From a virus: 64,000 nt of DNA. A program made the position numbers and the translations under genes. The notes beneath the pieces were generated by a model. The model worked only from the letters and a program-made list of their open reading frames with translations. It had not been told where the DNA came from and did no database searches. Shown here one piece after another: positions 49,814-59,818 of this stretch. The stretch is taken from IMG/VR virus record IMGVR_UViG_3300024259_001791. One strand, 5' to 3'. Position 1 is the stretch's first letter, and each line of letters opens with the position of its first letter.

Positions 49814-50242
49814 ATGTGTACTCAATACAGAAAACCGATAACAGAAAAAGTCAAAAAAGAGTTTGAGAAATCAGGCAAACTCATTGGTTATAAAGTGGTT
49901 ATGAAACGATCATACCCGCCGTTATTCCCAAATACATTTCAATCATACAATTTCTCTCACATATGGGAAAAAGGTGTGAATCATTCGACAAGAGTAAGCA
50001 CAGAAGAATTAGACAGTAGGGAATTAACGCCAATAGAGCATGCGACATATGAAATCATTAAAGGTTTCCATGTCTTTCTGTCAATGAAATCAGCACAATT
50101 AGAATACAATAGAATCGCTGACATATATGGTAGTAACAATGTAAAGATATTGGAAGTTGAATGTAGCCGTATGGATTTCGTTGCTGCTGGCATTCATAAC
50201 TCATTTGAAACTGCTGTGTTTACAGATGTTTGGGTGAAATAA
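49814..50242 (+). CDS. hypothetical protein (paralog set C)
   Basis: MC..., GYKV, KGFHVF, FVAAG and TAVF shared with 53461-55336. Confidence 0.75.
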   Translation: MCTQYRKPITEKVKKEFEKSGKLIGYKVVMKRSYPPLFPNTFQSYNFSHIWEKGVNHSTRVSTEELDSRELTPIEHATYEIIKGFHVFLSMKSAQLEYNRIADIYGSNNVKILEVECSRMDFVAAGIHNSFETAVFTDVWVK

Positions 50243-50255
50243 TAAAGGAATAATA

Positions 50256-50570
50256 ATGAGCGAATTAGATTTCATCATAAGAGAACCATCAGAGAATGCA
50301 GACCCTATGCCCTGTAAAGTGTGTGGGGAATTGATGGAAGTAAAAAGGTCAGTTATGGGCCGTTGGTCTTTGGGTGCTGCTATGAGTCATATCCCAAAAA
50401 TACCAAGAGACTTATTTACATGCCCTCACAGAGACGAAGATTGGCATAATCAAGCTATTGCGATTATGAGAGCAATACAAGAAACTCCAAGTGAAAAGAT
50501 GGCATCAATTATGCAGTCGGAATTAGCTGAAATTATAAAATACAAACAGACATCAAAAGTCAATTATTGA
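50256..50570 (+). CDS. Zn-ribbon hypothetical protein
   Basis: CKVCG and TCPH; SD AAGGA. Confidence 0.65.
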   Translation: MSELDFIIREPSENADPMPCKVCGELMEVKRSVMGRWSLGAAMSHIPKIPRDLFTCPHRDEDWHNQAIAIMRAIQETPSEKMASIMQSELAEIIKYKQTSKVNY

Positions 50571-50588
50571 TAAAGAAAGGGTAGCATT

Positions 50589-51200
50589 ATGATCAAAGGA
50601 ATTTTAGTGGTTGTACTTCTTGTCGCAGCTTTTTTGTTTGGCCCATTACTTAGTCTTTACGGCCTAAACCATCTCATCATCAATCCGTGTGAAGGAACTG
50701 AATTATCTTATTCGTTATTCAGTACAGAATGGGTTGCTATGAGTATTGCTCATGGTTTAATAGGGATGATGATATTCGGCCTAACTGCTCTGATATTGGT
50801 CGGATTTTTCTTCTTGGGTATTATATCAGAAGAATTGGGTAGCAAAATACTTCTTTATGGACTGGCGATTGCTGTTATAGTTGTCGCTCTTATTTTCTTA
50901 CCGCTATTAACATTATGGTGTACAAATGTTTTGTTCTTAGGTCCACTTGGCGGAACTCTACTCGTAGTTAAGTTATTTACATTCCAATGGTTCGTTGCCC
51001 TTATCGCTGGTGGTGTGGTAATGGGTAATTGTAGAAGTTGTAAGACGTTTACGGATGAGTGGAAGAAGAAAGATAAAGATTCTAATAAAAGAGATTTATT
51101 GAAAAAGTCTTTTGAAAAAGCTTTGAAGAATACTCAAGACGATAACTATCTTGGACCGCGTGGCTATAAAGCTTATGACAGAAAAAACGACGATAGATAG
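50589..51200 (+). CDS. multi-pass membrane protein
   Basis: four or more TM segments. Confidence 0.7.
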   Translation: MIKGILVVVLLVAAFLFGPLLSLYGLNHLIINPCEGTELSYSLFSTEWVAMSIAHGLIGMMIFGLTALILVGFFFLGIISEELGSKILLYGLAIAVIVVALIFLPLLTLWCTNVLFLGPLGGTLLVVKLFTFQWFVALIAGGVVMGNCRSCKTFTDEWKKKDKDSNKRDLLKKSFEKALKNTQDDNYLGPRGYKAYDRKNDDR

Positions 51201-51211
51201 GGAGAAATCTG

Positions 51212-51547
51212 ATGAAGATCAAACTGTACGAAGTTAAAGTCTACGAAGATATAGAAGATTTTGTTGGCGGTGACGCTAAGACTATAGAAGAATTTTGCAT
51301 ACCAGAATTGCTTCTGTTTATTAATGATAAACATATTTTTATCGCCGAAACAAAAGAAAAAATGGAACAAAGGCTTGAAGGAGTAGACGGATTGGTTGAG
51401 ATCAATGCTCCAAGAGATATCAAAAAGTATCTCTATGCATTGGTTAAAAACCTTGATGAAAACAAAAAACTGGTTAAAACTCTGAGAGAACAGTTATTCG
51501 ATTCCGAAAGGATAGAAAAATTAGTTGCTGCGTTGACAGAAAAGTAA
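51212..51547 (+). CDS. hypothetical protein
   Basis: SD GGAG. Confidence 0.65.
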   Translation: MKIKLYEVKVYEDIEDFVGGDAKTIEEFCIPELLLFINDKHIFIAETKEKMEQRLEGVDGLVEINAPRDIKKYLYALVKNLDENKKLVKTLREQLFDSERIEKLVAALTEK

Positions 51548-51593
51548 TAACGTATTATTTGTTGTCTTCTATAATATAGTGAAGGAGATAAAG

Positions 51594-51872
51594 ATGGCTG
51601 AAAGACAAACGATAACAGCGGAATGCGGAAACTGTGGTGGAACTGGTCTTTACCGTGGATTTGCAGAACCAGAAGGCGTTGCCGTTGTCTGTATCAGTTG
51701 TCAAGGCACCGGCAGAGTCGAACTTACTTATACTCCTTTTACCAAACGAAAAGGGAAACGTGATATTCACACCGTTCGCCTCTCTAGAGGTTCGTTTATT
51801 GGTACTGGCGTAGGACCAGCGGGTGGGAGTGTCACATACAAAGAATTCCAAGACGGAAAAATGCCGCAATAA
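51594..51872 (+). CDS. DnaJ-type zinc-finger protein
   Basis: CGNCGGTG and CISCQGTG; CTATAAT at 51569, SD AAGGAG. Confidence 0.75.
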   Translation: MAERQTITAECGNCGGTGLYRGFAEPEGVAVVCISCQGTGRVELTYTPFTKRKGKRDIHTVRLSRGSFIGTGVGPAGGSVTYKEFQDGKMPQ

Positions 51873-51884
51873 AGGAGATGGATT

Positions 51885-52364
51885 ATGCCATGCAGATGCG
51901 ATGATTATCCAACTGACCCAACTGTTCCCGAAGTGTATTACGAGAAAGTGAGAAGAGAGCTAGATCGAGTTACTCAATTCCTGTGTTTTATGTGTGGGGA
52001 GACAGAGTATGCTCATTATTTCGGTTCCAAATCAGATCAAGCTATCGATTTGCCTGATAGACTTCAAGAGTGGCGGGAAAAGCATCAAGAGAGTGATAGG
52101 ATTCGCGTAGCAAGACAGATGAAAAAAGATTTGGGTGGCAAACGTAAATATAAGGATTCCGCGACGATGGCAGAGGCTTATATTAAAAAGGCAGAAAAAG
52201 TTCATCCTGTTAGTAGGTTCCATAAAGCGTGGTTCCAAAAGTTGGCTCACGCTGCTTTTGCTATCGATGATGCAATACGAGAAAAGAAAAAGAGCAAAGC
52301 AGAACTTAGGAGAGCCGCTTTGAATAAGTTGACACCAGAAGAAAGAGAATTGTTGAAAGTATGA
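51885..52364 (+). CDS. hypothetical protein
   Basis: MPCRCD start, CFMC; SD AAGGAG. Confidence 0.7.
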   Translation: MPCRCDDYPTDPTVPEVYYEKVRRELDRVTQFLCFMCGETEYAHYFGSKSDQAIDLPDRLQEWREKHQESDRIRVARQMKKDLGGKRKYKDSATMAEAYIKKAEKVHPVSRFHKAWFQKLAHAAFAIDDAIREKKKSKAELRRAALNKLTPEERELLKV

Positions 52365-52669
52365 AAATAGATATAAACAAAATAGATAAAGACGAGGTTG
52401 CTGTAGCTACCTTTATCGATTGGGAAGGGTATTCGTTTTGGGATGTAAAAGACTACGATAATAAGGATACTCAAAGAGAACTGGCAGACAAACTATACAA
52501 TAATGAGGCAGAATTATGCATCATGTTGCCGAAGGATGAGAAAACGATTAAGAAATTGTTTGGCAATCAATTGTGGGAGTTCTATCAAGAACATGTTACT
52601 AGAAAACAAAGGCAAAGTGAAGCTGCTAAAAAGGCATGGGCGAAGCGAAAAGCAGCAAAGGAAAAATAA
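52361..52669 (+). CDS. hypothetical protein
   Basis: ATGA overlap; basic C-terminus. Confidence 0.65.
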   Translation: MKIDINKIDKDEVAVATFIDWEGYSFWDVKDYDNKDTQRELADKLYNNEAELCIMLPKDEKTIKKLFGNQLWEFYQEHVTRKQRQSEAAKKAWAKRKAAKEK

Positions 52670-53091
52670 TGGAATTACGACCAAAAGTAGGTGTTAGTCT
52701 AATTATCAGAAAAGGCGATCAAGTTCTTATCCAAAAGAGAATAGGTAAACATTGTCATGGACAAATCGGATTCCCCGGTGGGCATTTGGAAATGTTTGAA
52801 AACTTTGAAGATGCCGCATTAAGGGAATTAGCAGAAGAAGCTGGCGATATACAAGTAACTACACCGAAGCTACTTACATGCTCAAATACCAAATTCTTTT
52901 ATGAGAACAAGCATTATGTTGTTGTCTTTATGGTTTGCGATTGGGTTGGGGGCGAAGCAGAAGTAACAGAGCCAGAAAAATGTGAATATTGGATATGGTG
53001 CAAATGGGACGATCTGCTTAAAATGCCCATTATGAAAGGCATCATAGATTTAATTGATAGAGAAGTTAATCCGTTTGACGTTGAACTATAA
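52669..53091 (+). CDS. NUDIX hydrolase (MutT/Nudt15-like)
   Basis: PKVGVS, FPGGHLEMFENFEDAALRELAEEAG, HYVVVF and EPEKCEYW. Confidence 0.9.
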   Translation: MELRPKVGVSLIIRKGDQVLIQKRIGKHCHGQIGFPGGHLEMFENFEDAALRELAEEAGDIQVTTPKLLTCSNTKFFYENKHYVVVFMVCDWVGGEAEVTEPEKCEYWIWCKWDDLLKMPIMKGIIDLIDREVNPFDVEL

Positions 53092-53112
53092 TGCAGTTGA
53101 AGGAGCATCAAG

Positions 53113-53457
53113 ATGAATGACGAAGAAAATGACATAATTGTATTGGAGCATTATGGGGTTTTTCTGTGTTGTCTTTTAATATGCTTGATTCCATTAGTTA
53201 CGTTATCAATCGTTTCAAGTGTAGATTTTGGGTCAAGTCATATATGGCCTGATATCGTTGGTGAATATGGTAATTCTAATTGGGCAACATATACTATATG
53301 GTGCATCATAGCAGTATTCATGTGTATCTTGGTGGGAGCATTAATAACATTTCTGGTCGGATTTTTTATAGGTGTACCTTCCGCATTCGTATTATATATG
53401 ATTGTATTATTGTTCGCAAAAATATTTAAAATAAAACTTCCAAGAAATGGAGACTGA
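53113..53457 (+). CDS. membrane protein
   Basis: three TM segments; CTATAAT at 53086, SD AAGGAG. Confidence 0.7.
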   Translation: MNDEENDIIVLEHYGVFLCCLLICLIPLVTLSIVSSVDFGSSHIWPDIVGEYGNSNWATYTIWCIIAVFMCILVGALITFLVGFFIGVPSAFVLYMIVLLFAKIFKIKLPRNGD

Positions 53458-53460
53458 ATA

Positions 53461-53940
53461 ATGTGCTTAAAATATGACAAAGAACTGACAACAAGTGTGC
53501 TAAAAAGATTTGAAAAAGGTCCGATTAAGGCATATAAGGTACTTAGGATCGACAAAAAAGATGTTTGTTCTTCCTATAGTCATTTGGCTGAGACGACTTT
53601 ATGGGAAGCGGGATGGAATGAATCAAATAGAAAAAATGTTCAACTCACTGCGGCAGAATTAGGACGAAAAACAATCACAAAAGGATTTCACGTATTTCTT
53701 ACAAGAGAAGGTGCGAGGGAAGATTTCAGTTATTTCAACACCGGGAGTGATTCGATCTATGCTATTGTTCCTGTTTACGGTTATGCAGAGCATTTCGTAG
53801 CTGCTGGTTTTTTTGAACCGTATTCTTATGGGGGATGGCCTACAGGCAAAAAAGGAACGGTAAGTTCAAAAACTGCTGTTTTTAAAAAGCTATTGGTTAA
53901 AGAAGAAGATATAGAAAAAGCTAGGAACAAAAGGAGATAA
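53461..53940 (+). CDS. hypothetical protein (paralog set C)
   Basis: MCL, YKV, KGFHVF, VPV, FVAAG and AVF. Confidence 0.8.
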   Translation: MCLKYDKELTTSVLKRFEKGPIKAYKVLRIDKKDVCSSYSHLAETTLWEAGWNESNRKNVQLTAAELGRKTITKGFHVFLTREGAREDFSYFNTGSDSIYAIVPVYGYAEHFVAAGFFEPYSYGGWPTGKKGTVSSKTAVFKKLLVKEEDIEKARNKRR

Positions 53941-53943
53941 ACG

Positions 53944-54414
53944 ATGTGTCTATTTTGCAGCAAACCGGCAACGAAAAAACTAGAAGAACGGTTCGAGAGA
54001 CATAATGACACCATTACTTGTTACAAGGTATATGGTTGCGAATTGGGAACATGGGAAGGCAGAAAACGCAAAAGGGTTTTAAGGTCTTTCTTCCACAATA
54101 ACAAAAAAGGTGGTTGGATAAAAAAACCTGGTATGGTAATTTCTGATCGCAGATACAAAAAGATGAATGAAGAAGAAAGAACTGCCGGGATAATTAACAA
54201 AGGCATACATGTATATCTATCAAAGAAACCTGCTGATGCTCTGTGCGCAAGATACAAAAATCACGTTGTCGTTCCAGTTAAATGCAGAAAAGAAGATTTA
54301 GTAAAAGCCTCTTTATCAATTCCTAAGTATCGTTCGGCACAAGCAGTATTTATGAAGGTCGAAATTACCCAAAAGAATTGGGATAGATTGGTAGAGAAGA
54401 AACGAATTAGATAA
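53944..54414 (+). CDS. hypothetical protein (paralog set C)
   Basis: MCL, TCYKVY, KGIHVY, VVPVKC and AVF..VEIT..NWD. Confidence 0.8.
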   Translation: MCLFCSKPATKKLEERFERHNDTITCYKVYGCELGTWEGRKRKRVLRSFFHNNKKGGWIKKPGMVISDRRYKKMNEEERTAGIINKGIHVYLSKKPADALCARYKNHVVVPVKCRKEDLVKASLSIPKYRSAQAVFMKVEITQKNWDRLVEKKRIR

Positions 54415-54431
54415 TAAAAGGAGAATAAATA

Positions 54432-54869
54432 ATGTGCTTATATAGTAACGAAAAAGGAACCAAGAGATTTAAAGAAAGACTTGACAGAAATGATGGTTAT
54501 GTCACTTGTTATAAAGTGTATACAGCCGACAAACAGAAAAAGATTTTATCATCTATATTCAGCCCCAATTTAAAAGGCGGAATCATAAAAGGATATGGTA
54601 ATGTTATTTCTACTCGCAAAAAAGCGTCAATGACCGCTGTTGAGAAAAAGATAGAGACAGTCAATAAGGGCATTCATGTCTATTCTACAAAAGAGGCTGC
54701 TCAATCTCAAGTGCAATACAACTACAAAGCAGTTGTTGTGCCTGTCAAGTGTAGAAAACAACACTTTGTGGCCGCTTCTCATCCGTCTGACTCATATTGG
54801 CTAGAAGCGGTATTTACACAAGTAGAAATTACCAAAAGAAACTGGGATAGAATTATGGGAGATAAATAA
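54432..54869 (+). CDS. hypothetical protein (paralog set C)
   Basis: same motifs as the previous ORF. Confidence 0.8.
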   Translation: MCLYSNEKGTKRFKERLDRNDGYVTCYKVYTADKQKKILSSIFSPNLKGGIIKGYGNVISTRKKASMTAVEKKIETVNKGIHVYSTKEAAQSQVQYNYKAVVVPVKCRKQHFVAASHPSDSYWLEAVFTQVEITKRNWDRIMGDK

Positions 54870-55336
54870 TGTGTTTGTTTTACGACAAAGAAGGGACCGA
54901 AACTCTTAAAAAAAGATTCAACAAAGATGATACCATTACTTGCTACAAAGTCTATGGAGTAAGAATACAACGTCCTTATGACAATGATGGTGAAACAAAG
55001 AAATATTTAGTCAGTCCATATTTTCCTAACAAGAAAGGCAGTGTCATTGATGAGCCTCAAGTCGTCACCGCTGATAGAAGTGGAATCAAAATGACAGCGA
55101 GAGAAACAAGAAAAGGTCACGTAGACAAGGGTATTCACGTATTCGTTAATAAAAAGGCAGCGAAACACTCTGCTGCTCTTTTGTGGATTCATAAAGGAGT
55201 CGTTATGCCTGTCAAATGCAAAAAGAAAGATTTTGTGGCTGCATCTAAAAAACATAACCAATCCGCCTGGGAAGCAGTATTCAAAAGAGTGGAAATTACC
55301 CAAGAAAACTGGGACAAACTAGTGGAGAGGAAATGA
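54869..55336 (+). CDS. hypothetical protein (paralog set C)
   Basis: same motifs as the previous ORF. Confidence 0.8.
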   Translation: MCLFYDKEGTETLKKRFNKDDTITCYKVYGVRIQRPYDNDGETKKYLVSPYFPNKKGSVIDEPQVVTADRSGIKMTARETRKGHVDKGIHVFVNKKAAKHSAALLWIHKGVVMPVKCKKKDFVAASKKHNQSAWEAVFKRVEITQENWDKLVERK

Positions 55337-55646
55337 AGTTAAGATAGGCGAGTACAACAAAGATGGATATGTTGTTCTTGGAACTGACCCAAATCAAAGA
55401 AAGATTACTGGGAGCATGGCTATTGAACGTGGTTTCGGCCATGTCGTCAGTATCCAATTGGTTGTATTTAATCCATTCAATTTTGACCTTAAAAGCTTAT
55501 TGATTGAAGTGGGAAATGGACAAAAATTACGTCTTGATATAACCTATCATAGCAATGAGTGGACAAAAGTTAAAGTTGTAAGGATATATGGATACAAACT
55601 TATAGATACAGATTTCCTAGATATTAAAGTGATCGGAGCAGAGTAA
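55333..55646 (+). pseudogene. probable gene with a 1-nt frameshift after codon 2-3
   Basis: SD GGAGAGG and ATGA overlap give M-K-L-R-stop, but another frame is open from 55323 (KIGEYNKDG...) to 55646. Confidence 0.5.
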
Positions 55647-55978
55647 TGAAAGACGGTTATAAGACTTTTATTCAACTAGTAGAATTTCTAATAATGATTG
55701 TTTTTTGTGTTTTTCTATTCTTTGTAATATTACGTGGTTCTGATAACGTTTTGGGAATCTCTAATTTTATAAATAAAATTTATTTGGAGGGGGAACATAA
55801 TTACAGAGAATCCTTGGGAAGAGCTTATGAAGAAGGGTTTATTAAAGATGAATTTGAGGGGAGAGAATGGCTAAAGTCTTATCAAGAGGAACATTTGCTG
55901 GGTTATGTGACAAGCATAGTAATACCTTTGGCAATTTTTGTTAGTTCCATTCTCTTGGCTTTTTTTTACAACAAGTAA
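55646..55978 (+). CDS. membrane protein
   Basis: two TM segments. Confidence 0.65.
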   Translation: MKDGYKTFIQLVEFLIMIVFCVFLFFVILRGSDNVLGISNFINKIYLEGEHNYRESLGRAYEEGFIKDEFEGREWLKSYQEEHLLGYVTSIVIPLAIFVSSILLAFFYNK

Positions 55979-56035
55979 TCTTTGGAAAGCATATTTACGG
56001 TTGCCGTTTAGGAAGCCGTGGACAGGAGAATAAAA

Positions 56036-56632
56036 ATGGGTATTATACAAAAACTAAAAAAGTGGTACGGATGTGATCCGATTAATACAAAGACACCCTC
56101 TCAAATAGTCGCGTCTATTCCAACTGTGTGGGCTAGGGTTCCTTTGGAAATTTTTGGATATTATTATGAAAATAAATCTACAGAAGAAGGAGTGGTCGAT
56201 TATAAAACCATAAAGTCCGCAATGTCGTGGGTTGATAAGTTAGTATATGGTCGTGATTGCAGTATCGGAGAATTCTATACCGGAAAACCGGAGATTGATA
56301 GTCCATTATGGTATGCTTATAATTTGTTCTCGATTATGAAAGATGGAAGTGAAAAAGAAAAAATTCAACATGCTACTTTGGCATTGCTCATGTGCGAATT
56401 AGCTCATGGCGGAACAAGAATATCTTTAAAATTGGGAATGAAATCTGGTAATTTTGGGTTTGAGAAATATTCAAAACCAATTATTGAAAAACTATTCTCT
56501 GTTGGATTTCCCACGCCAGATAATGTTATGGCTGATATCATAGATTCACTGGTGAAAGAACTGAAGGAAGAAGATGGATTCCCATCAGGAGAAGAAATAT
56601 ATAATGACATAATGGGAAATAGCAACAGTTGA
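56036..56632 (+). CDS. hypothetical protein
   Basis: ATG 56036 behind AGGAG. Confidence 0.65.
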   Translation: MGIIQKLKKWYGCDPINTKTPSQIVASIPTVWARVPLEIFGYYYENKSTEEGVVDYKTIKSAMSWVDKLVYGRDCSIGEFYTGKPEIDSPLWYAYNLFSIMKDGSEKEKIQHATLALLMCELAHGGTRISLKLGMKSGNFGFEKYSKPIIEKLFSVGFPTPDNVMADIIDSLVKELKEEDGFPSGEEIYNDIMGNSNS

Positions 56633-56684
56633 TAAAAAGCGACAAAAGCGAAAAATTGATAAAAGGCTGATTAGGTAAAATAAT

Positions 56685-56897
56685 ATGAATAAACGAGAAA
56701 AGAAATTAAGTATTCGTTCTGAGAAATTCGCCATTCTTCGTGAATTACAGCAAGTAAGACAGGAATTACGCAAAGAACAGGAACATTCAATGGCGTGTCT
56801 TAAAGAGGCGAATATAGAATGTGGAAAGCGAAAAAAATTAGAGAAAGAAATTGCTAAATTGAAAATCGACAAAGAGTATGAGGAAACATTTGGATAA
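56685..56897 (+). CDS. coiled-coil small protein
   Basis: ORF track; overlap with the next gene. Confidence 0.6.
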   Translation: MNKREKKLSIRSEKFAILRELQQVRQELRKEQEHSMACLKEANIECGKRKKLEKEIAKLKIDKEYEETFG

Positions 56898-57487
56898 TGA
56901 AGAATAAAGATTTTACAATTGGATGGTCTGACTTCGCAAAAGAACGAAATGTTCGTGGAAAAGGCTTCTCTTTTTCTACTTTAACGAATGATCAAGTTCT
57001 AGAATTAGTCCGTGAGAATTGGGATAAAGCGATTCCAGGCACAGGGGAAAAAGACTTAAGTAGAAAGATTCTTATTCCTGTTGATTCAGATTCGTTTTTT
57101 ACCTCTACAGCCATACTTCGTGATGATATGCCATTGGCGGCGATGGTAACAAAACGTCGTCCAGAAGAAGATTCATATGTTCAGAATTTTATTACGCCCA
57201 ATCAGGCGTATATGAACGATATTAAACCAGAAGAGGCTAATTTTGTGAAAATTGTTTGCTATTCTGCCGAAGCGTTGGACGAGAATAACGAACGATCTAC
57301 AGATTGCGATTGGGAAATCATTGCAATCGTTGGGAGTACCGTCGAAAACGAACCAATGACACCGTTAGCTATGGCTCGTAATATGCTAGATAAAGAAGGT
57401 GGAACTAAGAGCGAATATACAGCAGAAGAATTTGCAGAAGCAGTCTATTATTGGTCACAAAGAGTTAGGATAATGGAATATAAATAA
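56897..57487 (+). CDS. DUF3228-like protein
   Basis: SDFAKER, DCDWEIIAI, EPMTPLAMARN, EGGT and FAEAVYYW recalled as DUF3228 motifs. Confidence 0.65.
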   Translation: MKNKDFTIGWSDFAKERNVRGKGFSFSTLTNDQVLELVRENWDKAIPGTGEKDLSRKILIPVDSDSFFTSTAILRDDMPLAAMVTKRRPEEDSYVQNFITPNQAYMNDIKPEEANFVKIVCYSAEALDENNERSTDCDWEIIAIVGSTVENEPMTPLAMARNMLDKEGGTKSEYTAEEFAEAVYYWSQRVRIMEYK

Positions 57488-57539
57488 AGATATGATACCT
57501 AATTTTTCCGCCAAAAATCAAAACATCAAAGGAATAACA

Positions 57540-57839
57540 ATGAATGAAGAAATTAAAGTAGGTAGAATAATAAGAGTATATCGTACAGATGGACAAGTAG
57601 CAGGATCACACGGAGAAATATCACATATCTGTCCAGGTGGAGAATCAGTAATCGTTCATATACCTCCAATGCAAAGCGTTAAAGTATTAGTAAAGAATAT
57701 AGGTCCAGCATCACCAAGATACTTTGAAGCAGGAGAAAGACTAGATGCTCTACATAAAGCAATGAGAGATGAAGAAGAACTAGCAGAAACCAATAAACAA
57801 GAACAATTAGCAGAATATCAACGTTCAAAGATATTGTAA
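57540..57839 (+). CDS. hypothetical protein (possible SH3-like N-terminus)
   Basis: IKVGRIIRV...GEI; SD AAGGA; strongly A-ending codons. Confidence 0.6.
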   Translation: MNEEIKVGRIIRVYRTDGQVAGSHGEISHICPGGESVIVHIPPMQSVKVLVKNIGPASPRYFEAGERLDALHKAMRDEEELAETNKQEQLAEYQRSKIL

Positions 57840-58062
57840 CACTATATGGAGATATTACTGACAATCGTTGCTATAGGATTACTGTTCCTCGCTCTTGCTA
57901 TGATTATGGAAGGAAGTGAACAACTAAAATTTCATGGCAAGAGTGGTAGGAACTTCATTCTAGGGGGAATAACGATACTTATTGTATGCACTATATTAAT
58001 AATAATTGTGGTAGAATAACCAATTTTTCCGCCTATAATCAAACCAAACCAAGGAGAAATCA

Positions 58063-58287
58063 ATGAGCAATAAAGTAGTATTCGTGTCCAGTGAGTCAGG
58101 AGACTGGCAAGGTGTATATGTAGATGGAGTATTAAAGAGAGAAGATCATGTATTATGTATAAGTGATGTCCTCTCTATATTAGATATATCAGTTGAACAG
58201 ATAACAGTAAGTGAAGAATGGTTCGGAGAAGAAGTATCTATCCTCCCGAAAACATTAAAAGAAATACCTAAAGATAAAGTATTGTAA
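58063..58287 (+). CDS. hypothetical protein
   Basis: CTATAAT at 58033, SD AAGGAG; GDWQGVYVDGVL. Confidence 0.7.
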   Translation: MSNKVVFVSSESGDWQGVYVDGVLKREDHVLCISDVLSILDISVEQITVSEEWFGEEVSILPKTLKEIPKDKVL

Positions 58288-58310
58288 CACCAAATAAGGA
58301 GTATATCATT

Positions 58311-58619
58311 ATGTCTTACCATTCTAGCTTTACATGGGAATTTGAAGATGAAGTTACTGATGAACTGATAGACGAACTTGTATATGGTCTTAAAGAGAAT
58401 AAACTGTATAATGAGGATGGTAAATTTGCATGTGGCTGCTATATGACAATCACAATGGCAGATATGCTGATAGACAACATCGGAGCATTCTTAGATAAAG
58501 AAGATAAAGAAAGAACGCTAGAAGAAGCAAAACTCTTTGCAGATCAGGCTCCAAAACCTGAAAAGATACTCGATATGGTGGTTAAAGTGGCTGCAAAATT
58601 AAATGTTAAAATAGGGTGA
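58311..58619 (+). CDS. hypothetical protein
   Basis: SD AAGGAG. Confidence 0.7.
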   Translation: MSYHSSFTWEFEDEVTDELIDELVYGLKENKLYNEDGKFACGCYMTITMADMLIDNIGAFLDKEDKERTLEEAKLFADQAPKPEKILDMVVKVAAKLNVKIG

Positions 58620-58898
58620 AATAAGAGCATTTATAACACCATTTTGAGATATATTGGCGACATTATATAAGTTTGCTATTTTTCTGGATATAGCTGTTTT
58701 ATAACACCGAATAGGAGTATATGATAAATGTTGTTTTTTTCTGGATACGTACAATTGATAAAAGAAGAAAACTTCTGGATACGACCAGCGTTTTTATTAC
58801 ATAAAATACCCCAATGAAATCTGAACATAAACTTTTAAATTATTATAACACCAAATAGTTATTTTTAATATCAATAATAGATATTTCTATAATGTAGT

Positions 58899-59093
58899 AT
58901 GGCAGAAGAAGAGAAGAAATCAGTTAAAACTGTTGGTGATTTACGCAGAATGCTTCGTTATTCAGAAGATGAGGAACCTCTTGTATGTTATGTTGTAGAG
59001 GGTGACAATGATATTGATTTAGATTGTAGTTGTGCTACTTCTACTGCTGGTGGTAGAGCCACAATATTATGGTTTAAATATAAGGATAAATAA
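58899..59093 (+). CDS. hypothetical protein
   Basis: CTATAAT at 58887; KTVGDLRRML. Confidence 0.6.
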   Translation: MAEEEKKSVKTVGDLRRMLRYSEDEEPLVCYVVEGDNDIDLDCSCATSTAGGRATILWFKYKDK

Positions 59094-59184
59094 TGGATAA
59101 AGTAGATAAATCACGTAGAGCATTTCCTCGTGCTGCTGCTAGATATAAGTTTGCTGATCAGATGTTAATAAAGAGGGGTAAATA

Positions 59185-59433
59185 ATGACTACAGGAGCTA
59201 TTATAGCACTATTTGGATGTATTTACATTTCAAGTGTATTTTGTAATTATTTCTTAGTCCGCGAAAATTTTAAGAGGGATACAGGTCCAAGTTGGACCTT
59301 AAGAGACAGGTGGATATGCATAGGCGTATCATGCTTAAGTCTTATTGTAACATTGATGATGTTGTGGGATTTATTAATAATGAATATTGGCAAGATGGGA
59401 CCAATTGATTGGGATAAGGAAGTAAAGTGGTAA
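59185..59433 (+). CDS. small two-TM protein (paralog set D)
   Basis: TM - WTLRDR - TM - GP..W. Confidence 0.7.
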   Translation: MTTGAIIALFGCIYISSVFCNYFLVRENFKRDTGPSWTLRDRWICIGVSCLSLIVTLMMLWDLLIMNIGKMGPIDWDKEVKW

Positions 59434-59589
59434 AAAGATATTTATACGGGGGGAAAACATAGTTTTTGCATGAATGTGGATTTTTGGGCTAGAAACAAAC
59501 GTTGCACCAAATACGCCTAGTAGAAAGATATTTCTTCGGGGGGAAAAGTAATCTTTCTGCGTTTTTGAGCTAATAATGGAGGTTTTAAA

Positions 59590-59808
59590 ATGACGCTAGC
59601 ACTAGTTATAGTAGGATATTTAGTATGTTGTGTATGTTCTTATTTATTGGGAAAACATACGTTGTTACGTAATTTACCTTCGTGGAAGATCAGTGATAGA
59701 CGACAAGCTATAATTTTAAGTTTGTTTGGTCCTATATCTTTAATAGCAGTAATTGCGTTTTTCCTATCAGAAGTATCAGAACGAAATGATGGACCAGCCA
59801 GATGGTAA
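59590..59808 (+). CDS. small two-TM protein (paralog set D)
   Basis: TM - WKISDR - TM - DGPARW; SD GGAGG. Confidence 0.7.
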   Translation: MTLALVIVGYLVCCVCSYLLGKHTLLRNLPSWKISDRRQAIILSLFGPISLIAVIAFFLSEVSERNDGPARW

Positions 59809-59818
59809 GGAGACGATA

